Shown one piece after another: positions 1-12,199 of a DNA stretch of 64,000 nt. The position numbers and the translations under genes are program-made. The notes under the pieces were generated by a model, which made no database searches, was not told the DNA's origin, and saw only the letters and a program-made list of their open reading frames with translations. The stretch is from Eledone cirrhosa (Eukaryota), in the NCBI GenBank assembly GCA_964016885.1, contig OZ024740.1, positions 137,888,001 through 137,952,000 of the forward strand. Direction: 5' to 3'. How positions within the stretch are numbered: position 1 is the first letter of the stretch; each line of letters begins with the position of its first letter.

Positions 1-1450
1 TTCTCTTCTCACTTTTCCCCCAATCTCCAATTCTCTCTTTCTCTCATCAATTTTCTCTCAATCTCCAATTCTCTCTTTCTCTTATCACTTTTCCCCCATC
101 TCCAATTCTCTCTTTCTCTTATCACTTTTCTCTCAATCTCCAATTCTCTCTTTCTCTTATCACTTTTCTCTCAATCTCCAATTCTCTCTTTCTCAAATCA
201 CTTTTCTCTCAATCTCCTATTCTCTCTTTCTCTTATCACTTTTCACTCAATCTCCCATTCCCTCTTTCTCTTATCACTTTTCTCTCAATCTCTAATTCTC
301 TCTTTCTCTTATCACTTTTCTCTCAATCTCCAATTCTCTCTTTCTCTTATCACTTTTCTCTGAATCTCCAATTCTCTCTTTATCTTCTCACTTTTCTCTC
401 AATCTACAATCTTCTCTTTCTGTTCTCAGTTTACCCCCAATCTCCAATTCTCTCTTTCTCTCATCCCTTTTCTCTCAATCTCCAATTCGCTCTTTCTCTT
501 ATCACTTTTCTCTCAATCTCCAATTCTCTCTTTCTCTTATCACTTTTCTCTCAATATCCAATTCTCTCTTTCTCTTATCACTTTTCCCCCAATCTCCAAT
601 TCTCTCTTTCTCTTATCACTTTTCCCCCAATCTCCAATTCTCTCTTTCTCTTCTCACTTTTCCCCCAATCTCCAATTCTCTCTTTCTCTCATCAATTTTC
701 TCTCAATCTCCAATTCTCTCTTTCTCTTATCACTTTTCCCCCATCTCCAATTCTCTCTTTCTCTTATCACTTTTCTCTCAATCTCCAATTCTCTCTTTCT
801 CTTATCACTTTTCTCTCAATCTCCAATTCTCTCTTTCTCAAATCACTTTTCTCTCAATCTCCTATTCTCTCTTTCTCTTATCACTTTTCACTCAATCTCC
901 CATTCCCTCTTTCTCTTATCACTTTTCTCTCAATCTCTAATTCTCTCTTTCTCTTATCACTTTTCTCTCAATCTCCAATTCTCTCTTTCTCTTATCACTT
1001 TTCTCTGAATCTCCAATTCTCTCTTTATCTTCTCACTTTTCTCTCAATCTACAATCTTCTCTTTCTGTTCTCAGTTTACCCCCAATCTCCAATTCTCTCT
1101 TTCTCTTATCACTTTTCTCTCAATCTCCAATTCTCTCTTTCTCTTATCACTTTTCTCTCAATCTCCAATTCTCTCTTTCTCTTCTCACTTTTCCCCCAAT
1201 CTCCAATTCTCTCTTTCTCTCATCAATTTTCTCTCAATCTCCAATTCTCTCTTTCTCTTATCACTTTTCCCCCATCTCCAATTCTCTCTTTCTCTTATCA
1301 CTTTTCTCTCAATCTCCAATTCTCTCTTTCTCTTATCACTTTTCTCTCAATCTCCAATTCTCTCTTTCTCAAATCACTTTTCTCTCAATCTCCAATTCTC
1401 TCTTTCTCAAATCACTTTTCTCTCAATCTCCTATTCTCTCTTTCTCTTAT
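1..1450. repeat. Higher-order repeat domain: 645-bp (17-monomer) unit plus a shortened third copy
   Basis: The 1-bp-deletion variant CCCCCATC has its A at 98, 743 and 1274 (offsets 645 = 17x38-1 and 531 = 14x38-1). TGAATC has its G at 362 and 1007. TCAAATCAC occurs near 194, 839, 1370 and 1408. Confidence 0.85.
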
Positions 1451-1589
1451 CACTTTTCTCTCAATCTCCAATTCTCTATTTCTCTTATCACTTTTCCCCC
1501 AATCTCCAATTCTCTCTTTCTCTTATCACTTTTCTTTCAATCTCCAATTCTCTCTTTCTCTTATCACTTTTCTCTCAATCTCCAATTCT

Positions 1590-1945
1590 CTCTTTCTCCT
1601 CTCACTTTTGCCCCAATCTCCAATTCTCTCTCTTTCTCTTATCAGTTTTCTCTCAATCTCCAATTATCTCTTACTCTTATCACTTTTCTCTCAATCTACA
1701 ATTCTCTATTTCTCTTATCACTTTTACCCCAATCTCCAATTCTCTCTTTCTCTTATCACTTTTCTCTCAATCTCCAATTCTCTCTTTCTCCTCTCACTTT
1801 TGCCCCAATCTCCAATTCTCTCTCTTTCTCTTATCAGTTTTCTCTCAATCTCCAATTATCTCTTACTCTTATCACTTTTCTCTCAATCTACAATTCTCTA
1901 TTTCTCTTATCACTTTTACCCCAATCTCCAATTCTCTCTTTCTCA
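1590..1945. repeat. 192-bp (5-monomer) tandem duplication
   Basis: TTTTGCCCC has its G at 1610 and 1802, each followed by the same CAGTTTT, TTACTC, CTACAA and TTTTACCCC variants. 192 = 4x38+40. Confidence 0.85.
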
Positions 1946-2259
1946 TATCACTTTTCTCTCAATCTCCAATTCTCTCTTTCTCTTATCACTTTTCTCTCAA
2001 TCTCCAATTCTCTCTTTCTTTCATCACTTTTCTCTCAATCTCCAATTCTCTCTTTCTCTTATCACTTTTCTGCCAATCTCCAATTCTCTCTTTCTCTTAT
2101 CACTTTACTCTCAATCTCCAATTCTCTCTTTCTCTTATCACTTTTCTCTCAATCTCCAATTCTTTCTTTCTCTAATCACTTTTCTCTCAATCTCCAATAC
2201 TCTCTTTCTCTTATCAATTTTCTCTCAATCTCCAATTCTTTCTTTCTCTTATCACTTTT

Positions 2260-4220
2260 CTCTCAATCTCCAATTCTCTCTTTCTCTTATCACTTTTCTC
2301 TCAATCTCCAATTCTTTCTTTCTCTTATCACTTTTATCTCAATCTCCCATTCTGTCTTTCTCTTATCACTTTTCCCCCAATCTCCAATTCTCTCTTTCTC
2401 TTCTCACTTTTCTCTCAATCTCCAATCCTCTCTTTCTGTTATCACTTTTCTCTCAATCTCCAATTCTCTATTTCTCTTATCACTTTTCCCCCAATCTCCA
2501 ATTCTCTCTTTCTCTTATCACTTTTCTTTCAATGTCCTGTTCTCTCTTTGTCTTATCACTTTTCTCTCAATCTACAATTCTCTCTTTCTCCTCTCACTTT
2601 TCCCCCAATCTCCAATTCTCTCTCTTTCTCTTATCACTTTTCTCTCAATCTCCAATTCTCTCTTTCTTTTCTCACTTTTCCCCCAATCTCCAATTCTCTC
2701 TTTCTCTTCACACTTTTCCCCCAATCTCCAATTCTCTCTTTCTCTCATCAATTTTCTCTATATCTCCAATTCTCTCTTCCTCTTATCATTTTTCTCTTAA
2801 TCTCCAATTCTCTCTTTCTCTTCTCACTTTTCCCCCAAACTCCAATTCTCTCTTTCTATTCTCAGTTTTCCCCCAATCTCCAATTCTCTCTTTCTCTCAT
2901 CACTTTTCTCTCAATCTCCAATTCTATCTTTCTCTTCTCACTTTTCTCTCAATCTCCAATCCTCTCTTTCTGTTATCACTTTTCTCTCAATCTCCAATTA
3001 TCTCTTACTCTTATCACTTTTCTCTCAATCTCCAATTCTCTATTACTCTTATCACTTTTCCCCCAATCTCCAATTCTCTCTTTCTCATATCACTTTTCTC
3101 TCAATCTCCAATTCTCTCTTTCTCTTATCACTTTTCTCTCAATCTCCAATTCTCTCTTTCTTTCATCACTTTTCTCTCAATCTCCAATTCTCTCTTTCTC
3201 TTATCACTTTTCTGCCAATCTCCAATTCTCTCTTTCTCTTATCACTTTACTCTCAATCTCCAATTCTCTCTTTCTCTTATCACTTTTCTCTCAATTTCCA
3301 ATTCTCTCTTTCTCTTATCACTTTTCTCTCAATCTCTAATTCTCTCTTTCTCTTATCAATTTTCACTCAATCTCCAATTCTTTCTTTCTCTAATCACTTT
3401 TCTCTCAATCTCCAATACTCTCTTTCTCTTATCAATTTTCTCTCAATCTCCAATTCTTTCTTTCTCTTATCACTTTTCTCTCAATCTCCAATTCTTTCTT
3501 TCTCTTATCACTTTTATCTCAATCTCCCATTCTGTCTTTCTCTTATCACTTTTCCCCCAATCTCCAATTCTCTCTTTCTCTTCTCACTTTTCTCTCAATC
3601 TCCAATCCTCTCTTTCTGTTATCACTTTTCTCTCAATCTCCAATTCTCTATTTCTCTTATCACTTTTCCCCCAATCTCCAATTCTCTCTTTCTCTTATCA
3701 CTTTTCTTTCAATCTCCAGTTCTCTCTTTGTCTTATCACTTTTCTCTCAATCTACAATTCTCTCTTTCTCCTCTCACTTTTCCCCCAATCTCCAATTCTC
3801 TCTCTTTCTCTTATCACTTTTCTCTCAATCTCCAATTCTCTCTTTCATTTCTCACTTTTCCCCCAATCTCCAATTATCTCTTTCTCTTCACACTTTTCCC
3901 CCAATCTCCAATTCTCTCTTTCTCTCATCAATTTTCTCTATATCTCCAATTCTCTCTTCCTCTTATCATTTTTCTCTTAATCTCCAATTCTCTCTTTCTC
4001 TTCTCACTTTTCCCCCAAACTCCAATTCTCTCTTTCTATTCTCAGTTTTCCCCCAATCTCCAATTCTCTCTTTCTCTCATCACTTTTCTCTCAATCTCCA
4101 ATTCTATCTTTCTCTTCTCACTTTTCTCTCAATCTCTAATCCTCTCTTTCTGTTATCACTTTTCTCTCAATCTCCAATTATCTCTTACTCTTATCACTTT
4201 TCTTTCAATCTCCAATTCTC
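2260..4220. repeat. 1180-bp (31-monomer) higher-order duplication
   Basis: CCCATTCTGTC has its G at 2354 and 3534. CTTTTATCTC occurs at 2331 and 3511. Near-identical TTG-start ORFs begin at 2548 and 3728. Confidence 0.8.
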
Positions 4221-6039
4221 TCTTTCTCTTATCACTTTTCCCCCAATCTCCAATTCTCTCTTTCTCTTATCACTTTTCTCTCAATCTCCAATTCTCTCTT
4301 TCTCTTATCACTTTTCTCTCAATCTCCAATTCTCTCTTTCTTTATCACTTTTCTCTCAATCTCCAATTCTCTCTTTCTCTTATCACTTTTCTGCCAATCT
4401 ACAATTCTCTCTTTCTCTTATCACTTTTCTTTCAATCTCCAATTCTCTCTTTCTCTTATCACTTTTCTCTCAATCTCCAATTCTCTCTTTCTCCTCTCAC
4501 TTTTGCCCCAATCTCCAATTCTCTCTCTTTCTCTTATCAGTTTTCTCTCAATCTCCAATTATCACTTGCTCTTATCACTTTTCGCTCAATCTCCAATTCT
4601 CTATTTCTCTTATCACTTTTCCCCCAATCTCCAATTCTCTCTTTCTCATATCACTTTTCTCTCAATCTCCAATTCTCTCTTTCTCTTATCACTTTTCTCT
4701 CAATCTCCAATTCTCTCTTTCTTTCATCACTTTTCTCTCAATCTCCAATTCTCTCTTTCTCTTATCACTTTTCTGCTAATCTCCAATTCTCTTTTTCTCT
4801 TATCACTTTACTCTCAATCTCCAATTCTCTCTTTCTCTTATCACTTTTCTCTCGATTTCAATTCTCTCTTTCTCTTATCACTTTTCTCTCAATCTCTAAT
4901 TCTCTCTTTCTCTTATCAATTTTCTCTCAATCTCCAATTCTTTCATTCTCTAATCACTTTTCTCTCAATCTCCAATACTCTCTTTCTCTTATCAATTTTC
5001 TCTCAATCTCCAATTCTTTCTTTCTCTTATCACTTTTCTCTCAATCTCCAATTCTCTCTTTCTCTTATCACTTTTCTCTCAATCTCCAATTCTCTCTTTC
5101 TCTTATCACTTTTCTCTCAATCTCCAATTCTCTCTTTCTCTTATCACTTTTCCCCCAATATCCAATTCTCTCTTTCTCTTCTCACTTTTCCCCCAATCTC
5201 CAATTCTCTCTTTCTCTCATCACTTTTCTCTCAATGTCCAATTCTCTCTTTCTCTTATCACTTTTCTCAAAATCTCCAATTCTATCTTTCTCTTCTCACT
5301 TTTCTCTCAATCTCCAATCCTCTCTTTCTGTTATCACTTTTCTCTCAATCTCCAATTCTCTATTTCTCTTATCACTTTTCCCCCAATCTCCAATTCTCTC
5401 TCTTTCTCTTATCACTTTTCTCTCAATCTCCAATTCTCTCTTTCTTTTCTCACTTTTCCCCCAATCTCCAATTCTCTCTTTCTCTTCACACTTTTCCCCC
5501 AATCTCCAATTCTCTCTTTCTCTCATCAATTTTCTCTATATCTCCAATTCTCTCTTCCTCTTATCATTTTTCTGTTAATCTCCAATTCTCTCTTTCTCTT
5601 CTCACTTTTCCCCCAAACTCCAATTCTCTCTTTCTAATCTCAGTTTTCCCCCAATCTCCAATTCTCTCTTTCTCTCATCACTTTTCTCTCAATCTCCAAT
5701 TCTATCTTTCTCTTCTCACTTTTCTCTCAATCTCCAATCCTCTCTTTCTGTTATCACTTTTCTCTCAATCTCCAATTATCTCTTACTCTTATCACTTTTC
5801 TCTCAATCTCCAATTCTCTATTTCTCTTTTCACTTTTCCCCCAATCTCCAATTCTCTCTTTCTCTTATCACTTTTCTCTCAATCTCCAATTCTCTCTTTC
5901 TCTTATCACTTTTCTCTCAATCTCCAATTCTCTCTTTCTTTATCACTTTTCTCTCAATCTCCAATTCTCTCTTTCTCTTATCACTTTTCTGCCAATCTCC
6001 AATTCTCTCTTTCTCTTATCACTTTACTCTCAATCTCCA

Positions 6040-9000
6040 ATTCTCTCTTTCTCTTATCACTTTTCTCTCAATTTCCAATTCTCTCTTTCTCTTATCACTT
6101 TTCTATCAATCTCTAATTCTCTCTTTCTCTTATCAATTTTCTCTCAATCTCCAATTCTTTCTTTCTCTAATCACTTTTCTCTCAATCTCCAATTCTCTCT
6201 TTCTCTTATCACTTTTCCCCCAATCTACAATTCTCTCTTTCTCTTATCACTTTTCTTTCAATCTCCAATTCTCTCTTTCTCTTATCACTTTTCTCTCAAT
6301 CTCCAATTCTCTCTTTCTCCTCTCACTTTTGCCCCAATCTCCAATTCTCTCTCTTCCTCTTATCAGTTTTCTCTCAATCTCCAATTATCTCTTACTCTTA
6401 TCACTTTTCTCTCAATCTCCAATTCTCTATTTCTCTTATCACTTTTCCCCCAATCTCCAATTCTCTCTTTCTCATATCACTTTTCTCTCAATCTCCAATT
6501 CTCTCTTTCTCTTATCACTTTTCTCTCAATCTCCAATTCTCTCTTTCTCTTATCAATTTTCTCTCAATCTCCAATTCTTTCTTTCTCTAATCACTTTTCT
6601 CTCAATCTCCAATACTCTCTTTCTCTTATCAATTTTCTCTCAATCTCCAATTCTTTCTTTCTCTTATCACTTTTCTCTCAATCTACAATTCTCTCTTTCT
6701 CTTATCACTTTTCTCTCAATCTCCAATTCTTTCTTTCTCTTATCACTTTTCCCTCAATCTCCCATTCTGTCTTTCTCTTATCACTTTTCCCCCAATCTCC
6801 AATTCTCTCTTTCTCATATCACTTTTTTCCCAATCTCCAATTCTCTCTTTCTCTTATCAGTTTTCTCTCAATCTCCAATTCTCTCTTTCTCTTATCACTT
6901 TTCTCTCAATCTCCAATTCTCTCTTTCTCTTATCACTTTTCCCCCAATATCCAATTCTCTCTTTCTCTTATCACTTTTCTCTCAATTCCCAATTCTCTCT
7001 TTCTCTTATCACTTTTCTCTCAATCTCCAATTCTTTGTTTCTCTTATTACTTTTCTCTCAATTTCTAATTCTCTCTTTCTCTTATCACTTTTCTTTCAAT
7101 CTCCAATACTCTCTTTCTCTTATCACTTTTCTCTCAATCTCCAATTCTCTCTTTCTCCTCTCACTTTTCCCCCAATCTCCAATTCTCTCTCTTTCTCTTA
7201 TTACTTTTCTCTCAATCTCCAATTCTCTCTTTCTTTTCTCACTTTTCCCCCAATCTCCAATTCTCTCTTTCTCTTCACACTTTTCCCCCAATCTCCAATT
7301 CTCTCTTTCTCTCATCAATTTTCTCTATATCTCCAATTCTCTCTTCCTCTTATCATTTTTCTCTTAATCTCCAATTCTCTCTTTCTCTTCTCACTTTTCC
7401 CCCAAACTCCAATTCTCTCTTTCTATTCTCAGTTTTCCCCCAATCTCCAATTCTCTCTTTCTCTCATCACTTTCTCTCAATCTCCAATTCTATCTTTCTC
7501 TTCTCACTTTTCTCTCAATCTCCAATCCTCTCTTTCTGTTATCACTTTTCTCTCAATCTCTCCAATTAATCTCTTACTCTTATCACTTTTCTCTCAATCT
7601 CCAATTCTCTATTTCTCTTATCACTTTTCCCCCAATCTCCAATTCTCTCTTCTCTTATCACTTTTCTCTCAATCTCCAATTCTCTCTTTCTCTTATCACT
7701 TTTCTCTCATCTCCAATTCTTTCTTTCTCTAATCACTTTTCTCTCAATCTCCAATTCTCTCTTTCTCTTATCACTTTTCCCCCAATCTACAATTCTCTCT
7801 TTCTCTTATCACTTTCTTCAATCTCCAATTATCTCTTTCTCTTATCACTTTTCTCTCAATCTCCAATTCTCTCTTTCTCCTCTCACTTTTGCCCCAATCT
7901 CCAATTCTCTCTCTTTCTCTTATCAGTTTTCTCTCAATCTCCAATTATCTCTTACTCTTATCACTTTTCTCTCAATCTCCAATCTCTATTTCTCTTATCA
8001 CTTTTCCCCCAATCTCCAATTCTCTCTTTCTCATATCACTTTTCTCTCAATCTCCAATTCTCTCTTTCTCTTATCACTTTTATCTCAATCTCCAATTCTC
8101 TCTTTCTTTCATCACTTTTCTCTCAATCTCCAATTCTCTCTTTCTCTTATCACTTTTCTGCCAATCTCCAATTCTCTCTTTCTCTTATCACTTTACTCTC
8201 AATCTCCAATTCTCTCTTTCTCTTATCACTTTTCTCTCAATTTCCAATTCTCTCTTTCTCTTATCACTTTTCTCTCAATCTCTAATTCTCTCTTTCTCTT
8301 ATCAATTTTCTCTCAATCTCCAATTCTTTCTTTCTCTAATCACTTTTCTCTCAATCTCCAATACTCTCTTTCTCTTATCAAATTTCTCTCAATCTCCAAT
8401 TCTTCTTTCTCTTATCACTTTTCTCTCAATCTCCAATTCTCTCTTTCTCTTATCACTTTTCTCTCAATTTCCAATTCTCTCTTTCTCTTATCACTTTTCT
8501 CTCAATCTCTAATTCTCTCTTTCTCTTATCAATTTTCTCTCAATCTCCAATTCTTTCTTTCTCTAATCACTTTTCTCTCAATCTCCAATTCTCTCTTTCT
8601 CTTATCACTTTTCCCCCAATCTACAATTCTCTCTTTCTCTTATCACTTTTCTTCCAATCTCCATTCTCTCTTTCTCTATCACTTTTCTCTCAATCTCCAA
8701 TTCTCTCTTTCTCCTCTCACTTTTGCCCCAATCTCCAATTCTCTCTCTTCCTCTTATCAGTTATCTCTCAATCTCCAATTATCTCTTACTCTTATCACTT
8801 TTCTCTCAATCTCCAATTCTCTATTTCTCTTATCACTTTTCCCCCAATCTCCAATTCTCTCTTTCTCATATCACTTTTCTCTCAATCTCCAATTCTCTCT
8901 TTCTCTTATCACTTTTCTCTCAATCTCCAATTCTCTCTTTCTCTTATCAATTTTCTCTCAATCTCCAATTCTTTCTTTCTCTAATCACTTTTCTCTCAAT

Positions 9001-11990
9001 CTCCAATACTCTCTTTCTCTTATCAATTTTCTCTCAATCTCCAATTCTTTCTTTCTCTTATCACTTTTCTCTCATTCTACAATTCTCTCTTTCTCTTATC
9101 ACTTTTCTCTCAATCTCCAATTCTTTCTTTCTCTTATCACTTTTCCCTCAATCTCCCATTCTGTCTTTCTCTTATCACTTTTCCCCCAATCTCCAATTCT
9201 CTCTTTCTCATATCACTTTTTTCCCAATCTCCAATTCTCTCTTTCTCTTATCAGTTTTCTCTCAATCTCCAATTCTCTCTTTCTCTTATCACTTTTCCCC
9301 CAATATCCAATTCTCTCTTTCTCTTACCACTTTACTCTCAATCTCCAATTCTCTCTTTCTCTTATCACTTTTCTCTCAATTTCCAATTCTCTCTTTCTCT
9401 TATCACTTTTCTCTCAATCTCTAATTCTCTCTTTCTCTTATCAATTTTCTCTCAATCTCCAATTCTTTCTTTCTCTAATCACTTTTCTCTCAATCTCCAA
9501 TACTCTCTTTCTCTTATCAATTTTCTCTCAATCTCCAATTCTTTCTTTCTCTTATCACTTTTCTCTCAATCTCCAATTCTCTCTTTCTCTTATCACTTTT
9601 CTCTCAATTTCCAATTCTCTCTTTCTCTTATCACTTTTCTCTCAATCTCTAATTCTCTCTTTCTCTTATCAATTTTCTCTCAATCTCCAATTCTTTCTTT
9701 CTCTAATCACTTTTCTCTCAATCTCCAATTCTCTCTTTCTCTTATCACTTTTCCCCCAATCTACAATTCTCTCTTTCTCTTATCACTTTTCTTTCAATCT
9801 CCAATTCTCTCTTTCTCTTATCACTTTTCTCTCAATCTCCAATTCTCTCTTTCTCCTCTCACTTTTGCCCCAATCTCCAATTCTCTCTCTTCCTCTTATC
9901 AGTTTTCTCTCAATCTCCAATTATCTCTTACTCTTATCACTTTTCTCTCAATCTCCAATTCTCTATTTCTCTTATCACTTTTCCCCCAATCTCCAATTCT
10001 CTCTTTCTCATATCACTTTTCTCTCAATCTCCAATTCTCTCTTTCTCTTATCACTTTTCTCTCAATCTCCAATTCTCTCTTTCTCTTATCAATTTTCTCT
10101 CAATCTCCAATTCTTTCTTTCTCTAATCACTTTTCTCTCAATCTCCAATACTCTCTTTCTCTTATCAATTTTCTCTCAATCTCCAATTCTTTCTTTCTCT
10201 TATCACTTTTCTCTCAATCTACAATTCTCTCTTTCTCTTATCACTTTTCTCTCAATCTCCAATTCTTTCTTTCTCTTATCACTTTTCCCTCAATCTCCCA
10301 TTCTGTCTTTCTCTTATCACTTTTCCCCCAATCTCCAATTCTCTCTTTCTCATATCACTTTTTTCCCAATCTCCAATTCTCTCTTTCTCTTATCAGTTTT
10401 CTCTCAATCTCCAATTCTCTCTTTCTCTTATCACTTTTCTCTCAATCTCCAATTCTCTCTTTCTCTTATCACTTTTCCCCCAATATCCAATTCTCTCTTT
10501 CTCTTATCACTTTTCTCTCAATTCCCAATTCTCTTTTTCTCTTATCACTTTTCTCTCAATCTCCAATTCTTTCTTTCTCTTATTACTTTTCTCTCAATTT
10601 CTAATTCTCTCTTTCTCTTATCACTTTTCTTTCAATCTCCAATACTCTCTTTCTCTTATCACTTTTCTCTCAATCTCCAATTCTCTCTTTCTCCTCTCAC
10701 TTTTCCCCCAATCTCCAATTCTCTCTCTTTCTCTTATTACTTTTCTCTCAATCTCCAATTCTCTCTTTCTTTTCTCACTTTTCCCCCAATCTCCAATTCT
10801 CTCTTTCTCTTCACACTTTTCCCCCAATCTCCAATTCTCTCTTTCTCTCATCAATTTTCTCTATATCTCCAATTCTCTCTTCCTCTTATCATTTTTCTCT
10901 TAATCTCCAATTCTCTCTTTCTCTTCTCACTTTTCCCCCAAACTCCAATTCTCTCTTTCTATTCTCAGTTTTCCCCCAATCTCCAATTCTCTCTTTCTCT
11001 CATCACTTTCTCTCAATCTCCAATTCTATCTTTCTCTTCTCACTTTTCTCTCAATCTCCAATCCTCTCTTTCTATTATCACTTTTCTCTCAATCTCCAAT
11101 TATCTCTTACTCTTATCACTTTTCTCTCAATCTCCAATTCTCTATTTCTCTTATCACTTTTCCCCCAATCTCCAATTCTCTCTTTCTCTTATCACTTTTC
11201 TCTCAATCTCCAATTCTCTCTTTCTCTTATCACTTTTCTCTCAATCTCCAATTCTTTCTTTCTCTAATCACTTTTCTCTCAATCTCCAATTCTCTCTTTC
11301 TCTTATCACTTTTCCCCCAATCTACAATTCTCTCTTTCTCTTATCACTTTTCTTTCAATCTCCAATTATCTCTTTCTCTTATCACTTTTCTCTCAATCTC
11401 CAATTCTCTCTTTCTCCTCTCACTTTTGCCCCAATCTCCAATTCTCTCTCTTTCTCTTATCAGTTTTCTCTCAATCTCCAATTATCTCTTACTCTTATCA
11501 CTTTTCTCTCAATCTCCAATTCTCTATTTCTCTTATCACTTTTCCCCCAATCTCCAATTCTCTCTTTCTCATATCACTTTTCTCTCAATCTCCAATTCTC
11601 TCTTTCTCTTATCACTATTCTCTCAATCTCCAATTCTCTCTTTCTTTCATCACTTTTCTCTCAATCTCCAATTCTCTCTTTCTCTTATCACTTTTCTGCC
11701 AATCTCCAATTCTCTCTTTCTCTTATCACTTTACTCTCAATCTCCAATTCTCTCTTTCTCTTATCACTTTTCTCTCAATTTCCAATTCTCTCTTTCTCTT
11801 ATCACTTTTCTCTCAATCTCTAATTCTCTCTTTCTCTTATCAATTTTCTCTCAATCTCCAATTCTTTCTTTCTCTAATCACTTTTCTCTCAATCTCCAAT
11901 ACTCTCTTTCTCTTATCAATTTTCTCTCAATCTCCAATTCTTTCTTTCTCTTATCACTTTTCTCTCAATCTCCAATTCTCTCTTTCTCTT
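6040..11990. repeat. 3536-bp offset higher-order duplication, with an additional partial copy at ~8450-9330
   Basis: Matching ORF starts 6329/9865, 7085/10621 and 7889/11426. A shared 1-bp deletion CATCACTTTCTCTC near 7471 and 11008. A third copy of the 6329 block starts at 8723. Confidence 0.8.
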
Positions 11991-12199
11991 ATCACTTTTC
12001 TCTCAATCTCCAATTCTTTCTTTCTCTTATCACTTTTCTCTCAATCTCCCATTCTGTCTTTCTCTTATCACTTTTCCCCCAATCTCCAATTCTCTCTTTC
12101 TCATATCACTTTTTTCCCAATCTCCAATTCTCTCTTTCTCTTATCAGTTTTCTCTCAATCTCCAATTCTCTCTTTCTCTTATCACTTTTCCCCCAATAT

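Noticed and set aside
2590-2880. G-quadruplex or i-motif from runs of CCCCC monomers
   Set aside because: The C5/G5 tracts are at least 33 nt apart, far longer than canonical loops, and seldom occur in four consecutive monomers.
5296-5529. 77-aa - strand ORF as an annotated CDS
   Set aside because: It is fully explained by a recurring satellite variant cassette, with no promoter, splice or homology evidence visible. Kept only as a hypothesis in the findings.
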